Positions 48,041-57,184 of a DNA stretch of 64,000 bases are shown here, in pieces. Both the position numbers and the translations under genes were made by a program. Below the pieces are notes generated by a model. It was not told the origin of the DNA. It did not search any database and was given only the letters and a program-made list of their open reading frames with translations. Position 1 is the stretch's first letter; every line of letters begins with the position of its first letter. Source of the DNA: a virus (Duplodnaviria; Heunggongvirae; Uroviricota; Caudoviricetes); the IMG/VR virus record IMGVR_UViG_3300046318_000589. One strand, 5' to 3'.

Positions 48041-49234
48041 ATGAAATTTATCACCATAATCACAGGTATTCCCAGTAGTGGAAAATCCACATTCATTAAT
48101 AATTCTCTTTTATCTCATCATGTTATATCAAGAGATAAAATTAAAGAGATGTTTTTTGGTACAACTATTGAAAATGGTACTATGGTAAGAGATAATCATT
48201 CCATGGATAAAAGCCATAATAATACAAACAGTAAGAAAATATACTCTACCATTCTTAGAAACCGTATGGTTAAAGGTGATTTTATCGTACTCGATGAGAC
48301 AAATTGCATCATTTCTAATATACAAAATCTTTTAAATCTATGTTCATGTTATCAATATGAACCATTATTTATAGACTTCTATATCCCTTTAGAAGAGGCG
48401 ATTAGTCGTAATAATAATAGAAAGGGTACTATTGGTTATGTACCTGAACACGTCATAGAAGATTTTTATGAAAAACAAAAAGAGGTTATTGCTTATCTCA
48501 AAAAGAATAAACATAAAATATATGATAAAGGGGAATTTAAAGATGGTAATGATGTTTTTGATGTCCTGAATAAAATTAATCAAGATAAAATTTCCACAAT
48601 TCAAAAAACAATATCAAATTATGATAATGTCTATTTTGTTGGTGATATTCACGGCTGTTATGATAAGTTAAAATCATTTATAGATAACCATTATAACGAT
48701 AAATGTTTTTACATCTTTACTGGCGATTACACCGATAGAGGGACACAAAACAGAGAAACAATAGAATTTCTTTCTAAATTTTCCAAGAATAAAAATACAT
48801 TATTTCTTATAGGAAATCACGAGAGATACGTTTCTACATGGCTAGCTCACCCAAACCACCCAACCAATCATGGACAATTTAATAATGTTACTAAATTTGA
48901 GTTAGAAGGTATAAATAAAGAGCAATTAAAAGCATTTTATAATAAGATGGTTGATTATGTTAATTTTCATTATGATGGTTCTTTTTATTTTGTATCACAT
49001 GGTGGTGTAAACCCAATAATATCTGACGTAAGAATCCCCAGTATCCATTACTATAGAGGGGTTGGAGAACATTCAGATAACACAGCGATCACATTACAGA
49101 CGCAAGACGTTATTATTGTACACGGTCATCGAAACGAACATAATAATCCAATAAGAGTAGGTAATGTCATTAATTTGGAACAGAAGATTGAATTTTATGG
49201 TGAATTAGGTTTTTATAAAATCACAAAGGAGTAG
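48041..49234 (+). CDS. polynucleotide kinase-phosphatase-like protein (P-loop kinase plus calcineurin-type phosphoesterase)
   Basis: The N-terminal GIPSSGKST matches T4 Pnk GCPGSGKST. The C-terminus has GDIHGCYD, GDYTDRG, GNHE and HGG/GH motifs of metallophosphoesterases, an architecture like bacterial Pnkp without the ligase domain. Confidence 0.6.
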   Translation: MKFITIITGIPSSGKSTFINNSLLSHHVISRDKIKEMFFGTTIENGTMVRDNHSMDKSHNNTNSKKIYSTILRNRMVKGDFIVLDETNCIISNIQNLLNLCSCYQYEPLFIDFYIPLEEAISRNNNRKGTIGYVPEHVIEDFYEKQKEVIAYLKKNKHKIYDKGEFKDGNDVFDVLNKINQDKISTIQKTISNYDNVYFVGDIHGCYDKLKSFIDNHYNDKCFYIFTGDYTDRGTQNRETIEFLSKFSKNKNTLFLIGNHERYVSTWLAHPNHPTNHGQFNNVTKFELEGINKEQLKAFYNKMVDYVNFHYDGSFYFVSHGGVNPIISDVRIPSIHYYRGVGEHSDNTAITLQTQDVIIVHGHRNEHNNPIRVGNVINLEQKIEFYGELGFYKITKE

Positions 49235-49452
49235 TTTATGACAATAATATATATCATTATGTTTTTGGGGTTTATCTCAATATCATTCCCTATGATTTTA
49301 GGATATTTATATCCCCATAAAATATGCAATAAAGAGTTGGTAATATCCATAATTAGCGGTGTAAATAAAAACTCATAATTAATTTAGTAAAATATAGAAA
49401 AGCCTTGAAAACTTTTCCTAATTACATTATAAGGTATAAAAAAGGATTGTCA

Positions 49453-50013
49453 ATGAAAAAAATATCACAGTACGCTAAAGAGTGTGGTCTTTCTTACAGA
49501 ACAATATGGAATAGATGTAAAGAAGGAATTATCCCATATCACAAAGATATTAAAGGGAATATTTTTATCTTAGATAATGTTACTAAGAAAAATGATGCTA
49601 TCATCTATGCAAGGGTTTCAAATAACAATAGAAAAGAATCATTAATAGAACAGCAAAAATTCTTAGAAACATACGCATCATCAAAAGACTATAACATAGT
49701 TGGAAGTTTTAAAGAATTGGCTAGTGGAATGAATGATGAAAGAAAAATATTATCGTCTATTTTAAAAAGAGATGATTGGAATGTATTGGTTGTTGAGAAT
49801 AAAGATAGATTAACAAGATTTGGGTTTAATTATATAAAGACATTACTTGAGAAAAATAACAAGAGAATAGAGGTTGTGAATATTACAGATGATGATAAAC
49901 ATGACATTATGACAGACCTTGTTTCTGTAATATATAGTTTCTCCGCAAGAATTTATGGCAAAAGAAAAGCTAAAAGAAAAGAACAAATAACTGAGTTTTT
50001 AAACGAAAAATAA
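49453..50013 (+). CDS. tnpA: IS607-type TnpA serine recombinase
   Basis: MKKISQYAKECGLSYRTIWN (HTH) and IYARVSN catalytic serine motif. The ORF-track start at 49405 is probably too far upstream. Confidence 0.8.
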   Translation: MKKISQYAKECGLSYRTIWNRCKEGIIPYHKDIKGNIFILDNVTKKNDAIIYARVSNNNRKESLIEQQKFLETYASSKDYNIVGSFKELASGMNDERKILSSILKRDDWNVLVVENKDRLTRFGFNYIKTLLEKNNKRIEVVNITDDDKHDIMTDLVSVIYSFSARIYGKRKAKRKEQITEFLNEK

Positions 50014-51230
50014 TGATATTAACAGAAAAACATCAATATAAGTTTAATCAAGAGATGGATGATATATGCTTCCATACGAAAAACGTATATAATAGTTGTT
50101 TGTATATCATACGACAACACTTCTTTGAAACAGGAAAATATATTGGTGTTTACGATCTTTATCATAAAATAACAAAAGAGCCTGTGTGGAAAGAAACACC
50201 TTTACCCAAAAGGGTTTTAAATCAAACAATGAAATTGGCAGATCAAAATTTTAAATCATTTTTTAAAGCATTTGCAAGTTACAAAAAGACCCCATCAAAA
50301 TTTAAAGCAAGACCTAAAATACCTAGCTATAAAGACAGTGTTAAAGGTAGATTTGTTGCAACTTATGAAAAAGGTGCTATAAATAAAAAAGATTTCAAAA
50401 AAGGATATATTAAACTTTCAGGCTCTAATGTTTTAATAAAAACAAAAGTTGAAAATTTTAGTGACATAAAAGAAGTTAAGGTAATTCCTACAATCTATGG
50501 GTTTGAGGTTCTTGTTGTATATGAAAAATTATCTAAATCCCTTAAAGAAAGTGGATTGATATGCTCCATTGATTTAGGATTAAATAATCTTGCAACAGGG
50601 GCTTTTATTAATGGACAACAGCCTTTTATTATTAATGGACGACCTTTAAAGTCTATTAATCAATATTATAATAAGGAAAAATCTAAAAAACAGAGTAATT
50701 TAACAGGAGGAATAAAAACAAGTAAGTCAATTAAAACACTTACGCACAAAAGAAACAATAAAATGAACGATTATTTGCATAAAGCAAGTCGATTATTGGT
50801 TAATCATTTAGTTTCCAATGATGTTAGCTGTCTTATAATAGGCAATAACAAGCAATGGAAGCAAGAAATCAATATTGGTAGTAAGAATAATCAAAATTTT
50901 GTAAACATACCACACAACAGATTTATAGATATGTTAAAATACAAATGTGAACTGGAGGGAATTTTAGTTACTACTACAGAAGAATCTTATACCTCCAAGT
51001 GCAGTTTCTTAGACCTCGAAGAGGTCAAAAAACATGAAACATATAAAGGTAAAAGAATTAAACGTGGAATGTTCAAAGCGTCAAACGGACGCATGATAAA
51101 TGCTGATGTTAATGGTGCGTATAACATTATGAGAAAAGTAATCCCCGAAGCGTTTACGCATGAGGGGATAGAGGGATTTGCAGTAATCCCATCGAGAATG
51201 TCAAGACATTCTCTTAAAATAGTGATATAG
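50013..51230 (+). CDS. tnpB: TnpB
   Basis: 405 aa, about 60% identical to TnpB-1 (SIDLGLNNLA, YTSKCSFLDLEEVKKHETYKGKRIKRGMF, DVNGAYNI). Confidence 0.85.
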   Translation: MILTEKHQYKFNQEMDDICFHTKNVYNSCLYIIRQHFFETGKYIGVYDLYHKITKEPVWKETPLPKRVLNQTMKLADQNFKSFFKAFASYKKTPSKFKARPKIPSYKDSVKGRFVATYEKGAINKKDFKKGYIKLSGSNVLIKTKVENFSDIKEVKVIPTIYGFEVLVVYEKLSKSLKESGLICSIDLGLNNLATGAFINGQQPFIINGRPLKSINQYYNKEKSKKQSNLTGGIKTSKSIKTLTHKRNNKMNDYLHKASRLLVNHLVSNDVSCLIIGNNKQWKQEINIGSKNNQNFVNIPHNRFIDMLKYKCELEGILVTTTEESYTSKCSFLDLEEVKKHETYKGKRIKRGMFKASNGRMINADVNGAYNIMRKVIPEAFTHEGIEGFAVIPSRMSRHSLKIVI

Positions 51231-51282
51231 TTTTCTATATTATTATGTACTGTATCCAATATATAATCATATCATTCAAACA

Positions 51283-51504
51283 GTGCAAACTTACACAGAG
51301 GAAAATCTGCATTTAGAAAGAAAAGAATTTGCGATCAAATGTAAAGACAAACAACCTGACTTAATGTATTTAATTATGAATGAGTACCTCAATCATAAAT
51401 TCCCCGAAAAATCCAAAGAGATTAATTATAAAGAATTTGCCATTAAAAACATGAAAAAACTATTTAAAATTAATGATGTTGATATTCCTCTTGACATTAA
51501 ATAG
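51283..51504 (+). CDS. hypothetical protein
   Basis: 73 aa. Confidence 0.35.
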   Translation: MQTYTEENLHLERKEFAIKCKDKQPDLMYLIMNEYLNHKFPEKSKEINYKEFAIKNMKKLFKINDVDIPLDIK

Positions 51505-51544
51505 AAAATAAGTTAATAATATAAAAAACAAAGGAGCAACCAAA

Positions 51545-51727
51545 ATGAATGATACTATAAACGCATTACCCCTCGACACCATGATAGAATTTCCCGATGT
51601 TATTCGGTTTGAACTGATTGATAACAATGGTACTGTGAATATTAAAGATAAAAAAGACTTTCAACTATGCCTACAAGATAATAAAAAAACTTTAAAAATA
51701 TTTATTGATGGAGTTATCAATGCGTAA
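51545..51727 (+). CDS. hypothetical protein
   Basis: 60 aa with an AAGGAG ribosome-binding site. Confidence 0.35.
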   Translation: MNDTINALPLDTMIEFPDVIRFELIDNNGTVNIKDKKDFQLCLQDNKKTLKIFIDGVINA

Positions 51728-52217
51728 ATTATTTTCATTCTTATTGGGGAATTTCATAAAATCTTTTATGAAGTCTGTTTTATATAACGTAGTTGGGTAC
51801 ATTACTGCGTTATTATTTTTAATAACTGTTATATGGTTTTTAGTTACATATCCTTTTACGTTTGAGTATAAAGTCATTGTAACGGATAAACAAACGACAT
51901 ACAATAAGCAAACTAAAGACAGTGAGTATGGATTAATAAATGTGGGGGAATGTTATAAATTTAAAGCCTTTGGATATAGAGTTCCCCTCTTTACAATGTA
52001 CCCCAACATTATTGACTTTACTCAAAGCGAATGTAAATTAGCAAAAAACGATACCATAAAATCCCTGTTAGAGCAATACAAAGAACAACAAAACGATGAT
52101 ATTAAAAACGATATTATTGATAGCCTTAATTATTCAGTTAAAACAAGTACAGATATAGATAAAAAAACCATTGAGAAAATAAGAAAGCTCGATGACAAAT
52201 GGACAGTGAGGTCATAA
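51705..52217 (+). CDS. membrane-anchored hypothetical protein
   Basis: 170 aa with an N-terminal transmembrane helix. Confidence 0.4.
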   Translation: MMELSMRKLFSFLLGNFIKSFMKSVLYNVVGYITALLFLITVIWFLVTYPFTFEYKVIVTDKQTTYNKQTKDSEYGLINVGECYKFKAFGYRVPLFTMYPNIIDFTQSECKLAKNDTIKSLLEQYKEQQNDDIKNDIIDSLNYSVKTSTDIDKKTIEKIRKLDDKWTVRS

Positions 52218-52218
52218 C

Positions 52219-52713
52219 ATGGAACTATTTAAAACATTGGAAAAGTTTATTGATATATTTCAGTTTAATTACGAAATAAAAACTTACACTCGGTTTGATG
52301 TATTTTATGTCACTCTTTTATTGGGACATGAAAAGTTAGAATTTGAAAGAGAATTTAAAGCATTTTCTTACATTACTGAAGATAATTTTATACAAAAAAC
52401 TTATAATAAGTTAAATAATGTTTTGATGGAGGTATTACCATCAGAGCATGACAGCAATGATTTAATGCAGTCATGGATAATATTACAAGAAACTACAACC
52501 GCAATAAGAAATCAGTACAAGGAAATCAAAGATACTGACGATTTAAAAGACCATCATCAGACAAAAAATTATTTAATAACGACAATGGCTCAATACGATA
52601 CAGATAAATTTTATACAAATCGTGAAATGCGTTTTTTAAAGAAAAATTTGCACACAAGAGGGGCAGTAAAAAACAAGCCTGTCGATAGTTGGAATAAAAT
52701 TTCTTTTGAGTGA
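52219..52713 (+). CDS. hypothetical protein
   Basis: 164 aa. Confidence 0.4.
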   Translation: MELFKTLEKFIDIFQFNYEIKTYTRFDVFYVTLLLGHEKLEFEREFKAFSYITEDNFIQKTYNKLNNVLMEVLPSEHDSNDLMQSWIILQETTTAIRNQYKEIKDTDDLKDHHQTKNYLITTMAQYDTDKFYTNREMRFLKKNLHTRGAVKNKPVDSWNKISFE

Positions 52714-52719
52714 GGATTT

Positions 52720-53346
52720 ATGAATATATATGATTTTACGACATATCTAAACAAGAATAATATTTATCTTCATAGCCCCCAAAGTTATGGAGCATTACAC
52801 AACGCTGTTTATGATACATCTACTGCAACAAAGCATGAGGATATTGTTGCACAAATGAACCATTTAATCCTACATTACTACCCCAAAGCATATAATAATG
52901 TTTTGGTGCTTAGGGGTATTTCAAAAGAGGGACATGAAGAAATCCCCCTACATAATGAAAAAGTCAAAACAAAAATGGATTTCTTTAAGGTTATTCTTTA
53001 TCCATGCGGTAAATGGGATAAGTTGGATTTAACAAAGAATAAATCATATCAAACGATTTATGATAACGGTATCGGTGATATTTTAGAATCTTATGTAAAT
53101 GCTAATAATGAATATTTCGATAAGAGAAATTTTAAACTGACTTTTTCCTATAATCTACGGAATTATAAATTTCCTTTAAAGATTTCTGAGAATAAGAAAA
53201 AGATTTTCGATAAAGTTTATAATTTAAAGAATGGTTTATCGGATGAAGATAAAAGGGAATTGGAGGATTTAGTTAAAATGCTATTAAGTAAAACTATAAA
53301 ACCTTACCATCAAGATAAGTTAAAAGATTATGTACGTTCCGTCTAA
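52720..53346 (+). CDS. hypothetical protein
   Basis: 208 aa. Confidence 0.4.
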   Translation: MNIYDFTTYLNKNNIYLHSPQSYGALHNAVYDTSTATKHEDIVAQMNHLILHYYPKAYNNVLVLRGISKEGHEEIPLHNEKVKTKMDFFKVILYPCGKWDKLDLTKNKSYQTIYDNGIGDILESYVNANNEYFDKRNFKLTFSYNLRNYKFPLKISENKKKIFDKVYNLKNGLSDEDKRELEDLVKMLLSKTIKPYHQDKLKDYVRSV

Positions 53347-53605
53347 AATAGAAATTGAGATAAGAAAACGAATTAGACTACTCATAGCAGCTTATGCCTA
53401 CGAATATTTAGCGGAAAGTTGGTTATCTGATTATGAATTTGATAAATTAGCATATTCTATTGACCCCACCATTACAACAGGACATGATGTTATGGATAAA
53501 TTTTTTAAGGAGGAATTTCATCCTGCAACAGGTTCGTGGATTTACGACTTACCCAGAGAAGAAAAAGATAAATTAAAAATATTAGTTAAGATGTTGATTA
53601 AATGA
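53330..53605 (+). CDS. hypothetical protein
   Basis: 91 aa. Confidence 0.35.
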   Translation: MYVPSKIEIEIRKRIRLLIAAYAYEYLAESWLSDYEFDKLAYSIDPTITTGHDVMDKFFKEEFHPATGSWIYDLPREEKDKLKILVKMLIK

Positions 53606-55289
53606 TTGTTGGGTTCTTAGACTTATCCTCAAATACATAAAAAATATGTTTACCTATTGTTTTAGATACTACAGTATCATATATTGAGAAAACTGGCTTA
53701 CGAATTGATTTTGTGTGATAAAAAACTGCACCGCCCGTGGGATCTGATACTTCATTATTAATTACCTTTACTGCAATTTCTAATGCCTTACAAAAGGCAT
53801 CCTTATCCGTTGGGATATTAGAAATCACATCTTCTACCCACGAAAATTGTTTTCTCTGGTAAACACAAGAAGCATAACTATTAGGGAATAAATTTGAAAA
53901 TGTTCTATTTTTTACTACCCAACATACTGCAATCTGCCCTTCCTCCGATTCACCTCTCGCTTCAAAATACGCATTTAAAGCAAGTGCTTGCAAATCATCA
54001 TTTTTATTTATTACTGTCGGTAAATCACATTCAGGTGCTGTAATTTTTTTAGTTACCTCTGACACAGAACACCCTTTCGGTCTGCGTATTGCTATTAATT
54101 TCATAAAACTACCCTCAACAGTTAAATAAGATACCTTGAGCGTATTCCCTTGGTTTCCACCTAAAACACCAACACGTCCATTTTGAGCGTTATATTCTCC
54201 AGTATAAAAACCAACGTGTCCTGCATTACCACCTCTTGAAAATACTAAAATATCCCCTGCAACAGCATTATTAATACTATCTACCATATCACCATAATTT
54301 GCATAATTTCTAGCCCACGCTGTACGCAAATATTTATGACCAGTTCTTTTTAATATAGCAGAAACAAAAACAGCACACCACGCAATTTTATTTTTAACTG
54401 CATAATCGCTATCTAAAATTCCCACTTCTTCCCATATCTGTTTTATAGGTGACGTATCCGTTAAATCGTACTCATCCCAATTTAAATCTAAAAGACCTGT
54501 TGCATAAGTATAAGGATTCTCTGCTCTTTCAAAAGCACATATAGTCCCTGTCGTACCATCTTCTTTTTGTTCGGGATTTATTGGGTTATCGGGATTATCA
54601 TTATCATCGGGAATTTTTACTGTAATAATGTTGGGTTGATAAAATGCCTTATTTTCTATAAACCCTGCGTTTCCACCACCAAAAGTTGAGTTTAAATTAA
54701 TTCTATTGCCATAAATATTACAATCTCCCTCAACTTTCAAGGAATAATCCCCCGATACATTGACTGATGAATTACCCTGTATATCAACGGAAGAATTGCC
54801 ATTAATAATTATAGAAGAATTTGTTGATAATTCAGATTTATCTTTATATGCAAAAATAACATCACCATTAGCTAATAATTCTATTCTACTTCCAGAGCGG
54901 TGGTTAATATGTATTCTTTCTTTACCAAGGGTATCATCTAATTCTATTACATGACCTGATGGGGTTACATTAACTTTGTTGTATGGATAATTTTCTAACG
55001 CCTGTGTAGGCATATCATTTTGACCGTAGAATGATCCTAAGATTACAAAGTGTTGCTGGAATTGATCGAGAAAAGTACCTATGATGTGCGAGCCTACAAT
55101 TAATCCATGATTTTGTCCAATACCCCCCATTGAAGCAGATGTAGTTGGTGAAATTACCACTGACCAAAATAGTTTTTCTGTTGGAAGATCGGATTCATTC
55201 TGTGAATGGACGTGAAACACCCGTGTTTTAACCCTATTTTGTTTGAGGGGGTCATTAATAGATTCAATTTTTCCGAAAAATAGTTTCAC
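53598..55289 (-). CDS. baseplate hub/tail-associated lysin (gp5-like) with CHAP and SleB-type hydrolase domains
   Basis: N-terminal hub-like region, a middle beta-helix (INGNSSVDIQGNSSVNVSGD), a CHAP-like Cys/His (KIAWCAVFVSAIL...GHVGFY) and a SleB/CwlJ-like motif (ALNAYFEARGESEEGQIAVCWVVKNR). GTG start. A GCTAATTACCTTATATATTAGG motif lies upstream. Confidence 0.6.
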   Translation of the reverse strand: MKLFFGKIESINDPLKQNRVKTRVFHVHSQNESDLPTEKLFWSVVISPTTSASMGGIGQNHGLIVGSHIIGTFLDQFQQHFVILGSFYGQNDMPTQALENYPYNKVNVTPSGHVIELDDTLGKERIHINHRSGSRIELLANGDVIFAYKDKSELSTNSSIIINGNSSVDIQGNSSVNVSGDYSLKVEGDCNIYGNRINLNSTFGGGNAGFIENKAFYQPNIITVKIPDDNDNPDNPINPEQKEDGTTGTICAFERAENPYTYATGLLDLNWDEYDLTDTSPIKQIWEEVGILDSDYAVKNKIAWCAVFVSAILKRTGHKYLRTAWARNYANYGDMVDSINNAVAGDILVFSRGGNAGHVGFYTGEYNAQNGRVGVLGGNQGNTLKVSYLTVEGSFMKLIAIRRPKGCSVSEVTKKITAPECDLPTVINKNDDLQALALNAYFEARGESEEGQIAVCWVVKNRTFSNLFPNSYASCVYQRKQFSWVEDVISNIPTDKDAFCKALEIAVKVINNEVSDPTGGAVFYHTKSIRKPVFSIYDTVVSKTIGKHIFYVFEDKSKNPTII

Positions 55290-55540
55290 AAAATTCCTAA
55301 TATATAAGGTAATTAGCGGGGATATTTAACATAAAAAAAGACCCAACAAATCAATGTGGGTCTTCCAATTAAAAATATTATATTTTTTAAAAGCCTTTTA
55401 TTAAACTTTTAATATCACAATGTACTCCAAAACAAACCATCATCAAAGCAAATATTAACGTAATTAAGGACATTCCATTATATAGGTATAATATAACTTC
55501 ATATATAATTATGAAAAATAAAGAAGAATCTATGAAAATT

Positions 55541-55575
55541 TACTTGACAAATATTTAACTTAAAGGTAATATATA
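55541..55575 (+). promoter_or_regulatory. sigma70-like promoter (TTGACA, 17-nt spacer, TAATAT) driving the solo tnpB
   Basis: Consensus -35 hexamer, 17-nt spacer, -10-like hexamer. Confidence 0.5.
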
Positions 55576-55579
55576 TTTT

Positions 55580-56794
55580 ATGATTATAACAAGAAGCAGT
55601 AAGCATTATATCGTTGACATGAACCAAGGGAAGCACCGCTCCCTTGGGCTTATGTACAACGTCTTAAAAGATGCTACTGCTTCGTTTGTTAAACAAATCA
55701 TTCACGGTAATTTACCTTTAAAGACTAATTTGTCAAGTAAAGTATTACCATCAGTTGTTGGTGTTTCGCCGTGTGGTAACGTAGTTACCATAAACGGCGG
55801 ACAATACAAGCAACTGATATATAAGACTGCAAGCGAAATCGTGCGTTCCAATCTTGACTACGTCAAGGGACGCACGTTTAAGCGTTATAAGAAACTTTAC
55901 GCTTATTTTAAAGAAAGAAACCGACAGGTTTCCTTTATTAATAAGCGTTACAAAGATTTAAAAATAAATTATTTAAAAAGAATTGATATAGACCTTAACA
56001 AGTTTTCAATAAACCTCGACGAGAGGTTTATTGACTTTAGTCAAGGTCATCACTTTGATAATTTTATAAGAATTAAAACTGTTTTCATGGATGACAAGCA
56101 CAAAAACCGCAGGGTTTTTGTGAATTGTCCCATTAAAAACCATAAACATTCCAATAAATTTAAGGAATGGACAAGAAAAAAGACCGTGAGGCTGTCGAAA
56201 GACAGTACGAACGGTCGTCTTTATTTATCTTTTACTTATGAGAAGAAGATAGAAGAAAAAGTAACCAATGGTCAAATAGGATTTGACATTGGTTACAAAA
56301 AGCTATTATCTTCTTCCGAGGGTAATCATTATGGTACGCATCTGCATGAAATATACGGACGACTAGCACGCAAAGAGCGTGGTAGTCGTAACTATACGCA
56401 GATGCTACATCATAAGAAAACAGAGATAAATAGGGTTATAAACGGCTTAAAAATCAATAACAACGACATCGTTGTGGAAGATTTAAAAGCCGTAAGATAT
56501 AAATCTAAGTTAAGTAGTAAACTTTTGAATAAGTTGCAATACTGGAGTTATGGACAGGTATTGACTAAGCTGGAATCATTAAGCCAAACGGAAGGTTTCC
56601 GTTTGGTTAAGATTGACCCAGCTTATACAAGTCAAACCTGTCATTTGTGTGGTACAATAGACAGAACCGCCCGAAAGGGCGAATTGTATGAGTGTACCAC
56701 TTGTGGGCTTACGATTGACGCAGACACAAATGCGTCAATCGTCATACTACAACGAGGAACGTATAGTTCCTCGACACAAAAACAAGTTTCTTGA
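55580..56794 (+). CDS. tnpB: solo TnpB-like RuvC nuclease with no adjacent tnpA
   Basis: GFDIGYKK (RuvC-I), a CHLCG...CTTCG zinc finger and DADTNAS (RuvC-III). The C-terminus KQVS* is the same as TnpB-1. The 3' end shares 38 identical nt with the IS copy-1 right end. Confidence 0.75.
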   Translation: MIITRSSKHYIVDMNQGKHRSLGLMYNVLKDATASFVKQIIHGNLPLKTNLSSKVLPSVVGVSPCGNVVTINGGQYKQLIYKTASEIVRSNLDYVKGRTFKRYKKLYAYFKERNRQVSFINKRYKDLKINYLKRIDIDLNKFSINLDERFIDFSQGHHFDNFIRIKTVFMDDKHKNRRVFVNCPIKNHKHSNKFKEWTRKKTVRLSKDSTNGRLYLSFTYEKKIEEKVTNGQIGFDIGYKKLLSSSEGNHYGTHLHEIYGRLARKERGSRNYTQMLHHKKTEINRVINGLKINNNDIVVEDLKAVRYKSKLSSKLLNKLQYWSYGQVLTKLESLSQTEGFRLVKIDPAYTSQTCHLCGTIDRTARKGELYECTTCGLTIDADTNASIVILQRGTYSSSTQKQVS

Positions 56795-56816
56795 TTTTTC
56801 ATAGAAATTTGTAACT
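56735..56816 (+). ncRNA. candidate omegaRNA/right-end scaffold of the solo TnpB
   Basis: An 8-bp hairpin CGAGGAAC-GTATA-GTTCCTCG is followed by AACAAGTTTCTTGATTTTTCATAGAAATTTGTAACTAT, which is identical to the copy-1 right end. This call is an inference from TnpB biology. Confidence 0.4.
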
Positions 56817-57141
56817 ATGAATGAATTGATAAAAATAAAAACACAACATTTAAATTTCTTACAAACTGTAAAAAATACTTACCTACCATCCATTTTTGAT
56901 GATTATCCTCACATATCAATGATAAATTATCAGATGAATTATCGTCATCAGATGACAATTTCATAATCCAATAACCACCCATCAACATATATAATATTAC
57001 CCCACCAAGCATAATTAAGCTCTCCCCAATAGAATAACCGTAAATTATAGGAATAACAAGGCAACCTAACCCTAACTCTTTCATATTGGTAGCTATATAC
57101 TTTTGTATTCTTTTGTTTTGTAATGTTTTAAATATTGTCAT
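56815..57141 (-). CDS. small two-transmembrane membrane protein (holin-like)
   Basis: 108 aa with two hydrophobic helices. Confidence 0.35.
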   Translation of the reverse strand: MTIFKTLQNKRIQKYIATNMKELGLGCLVIPIIYGYSIGESLIMLGGVILYMLMGGYWIMKLSSDDDNSSDNLSLICEDNHQKWMVGKYFLQFVRNLNVVFLFLSIHS

Positions 57142-57184
57142 AATTACTATCCTTTCTCACAAATATATGGCATTGTTATATTAT

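Larger units (their letters stand above)
49400..51260 (+). mobile_element. IS607-family insertion sequence, copy 2 (diverged from copy 1)
   Basis: tnpA then tnpB on the + strand. A 9-bp stem hairpin GAGAATGTC..GACATTCTC lies at the tnpB 3' end. Confidence 0.75.
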
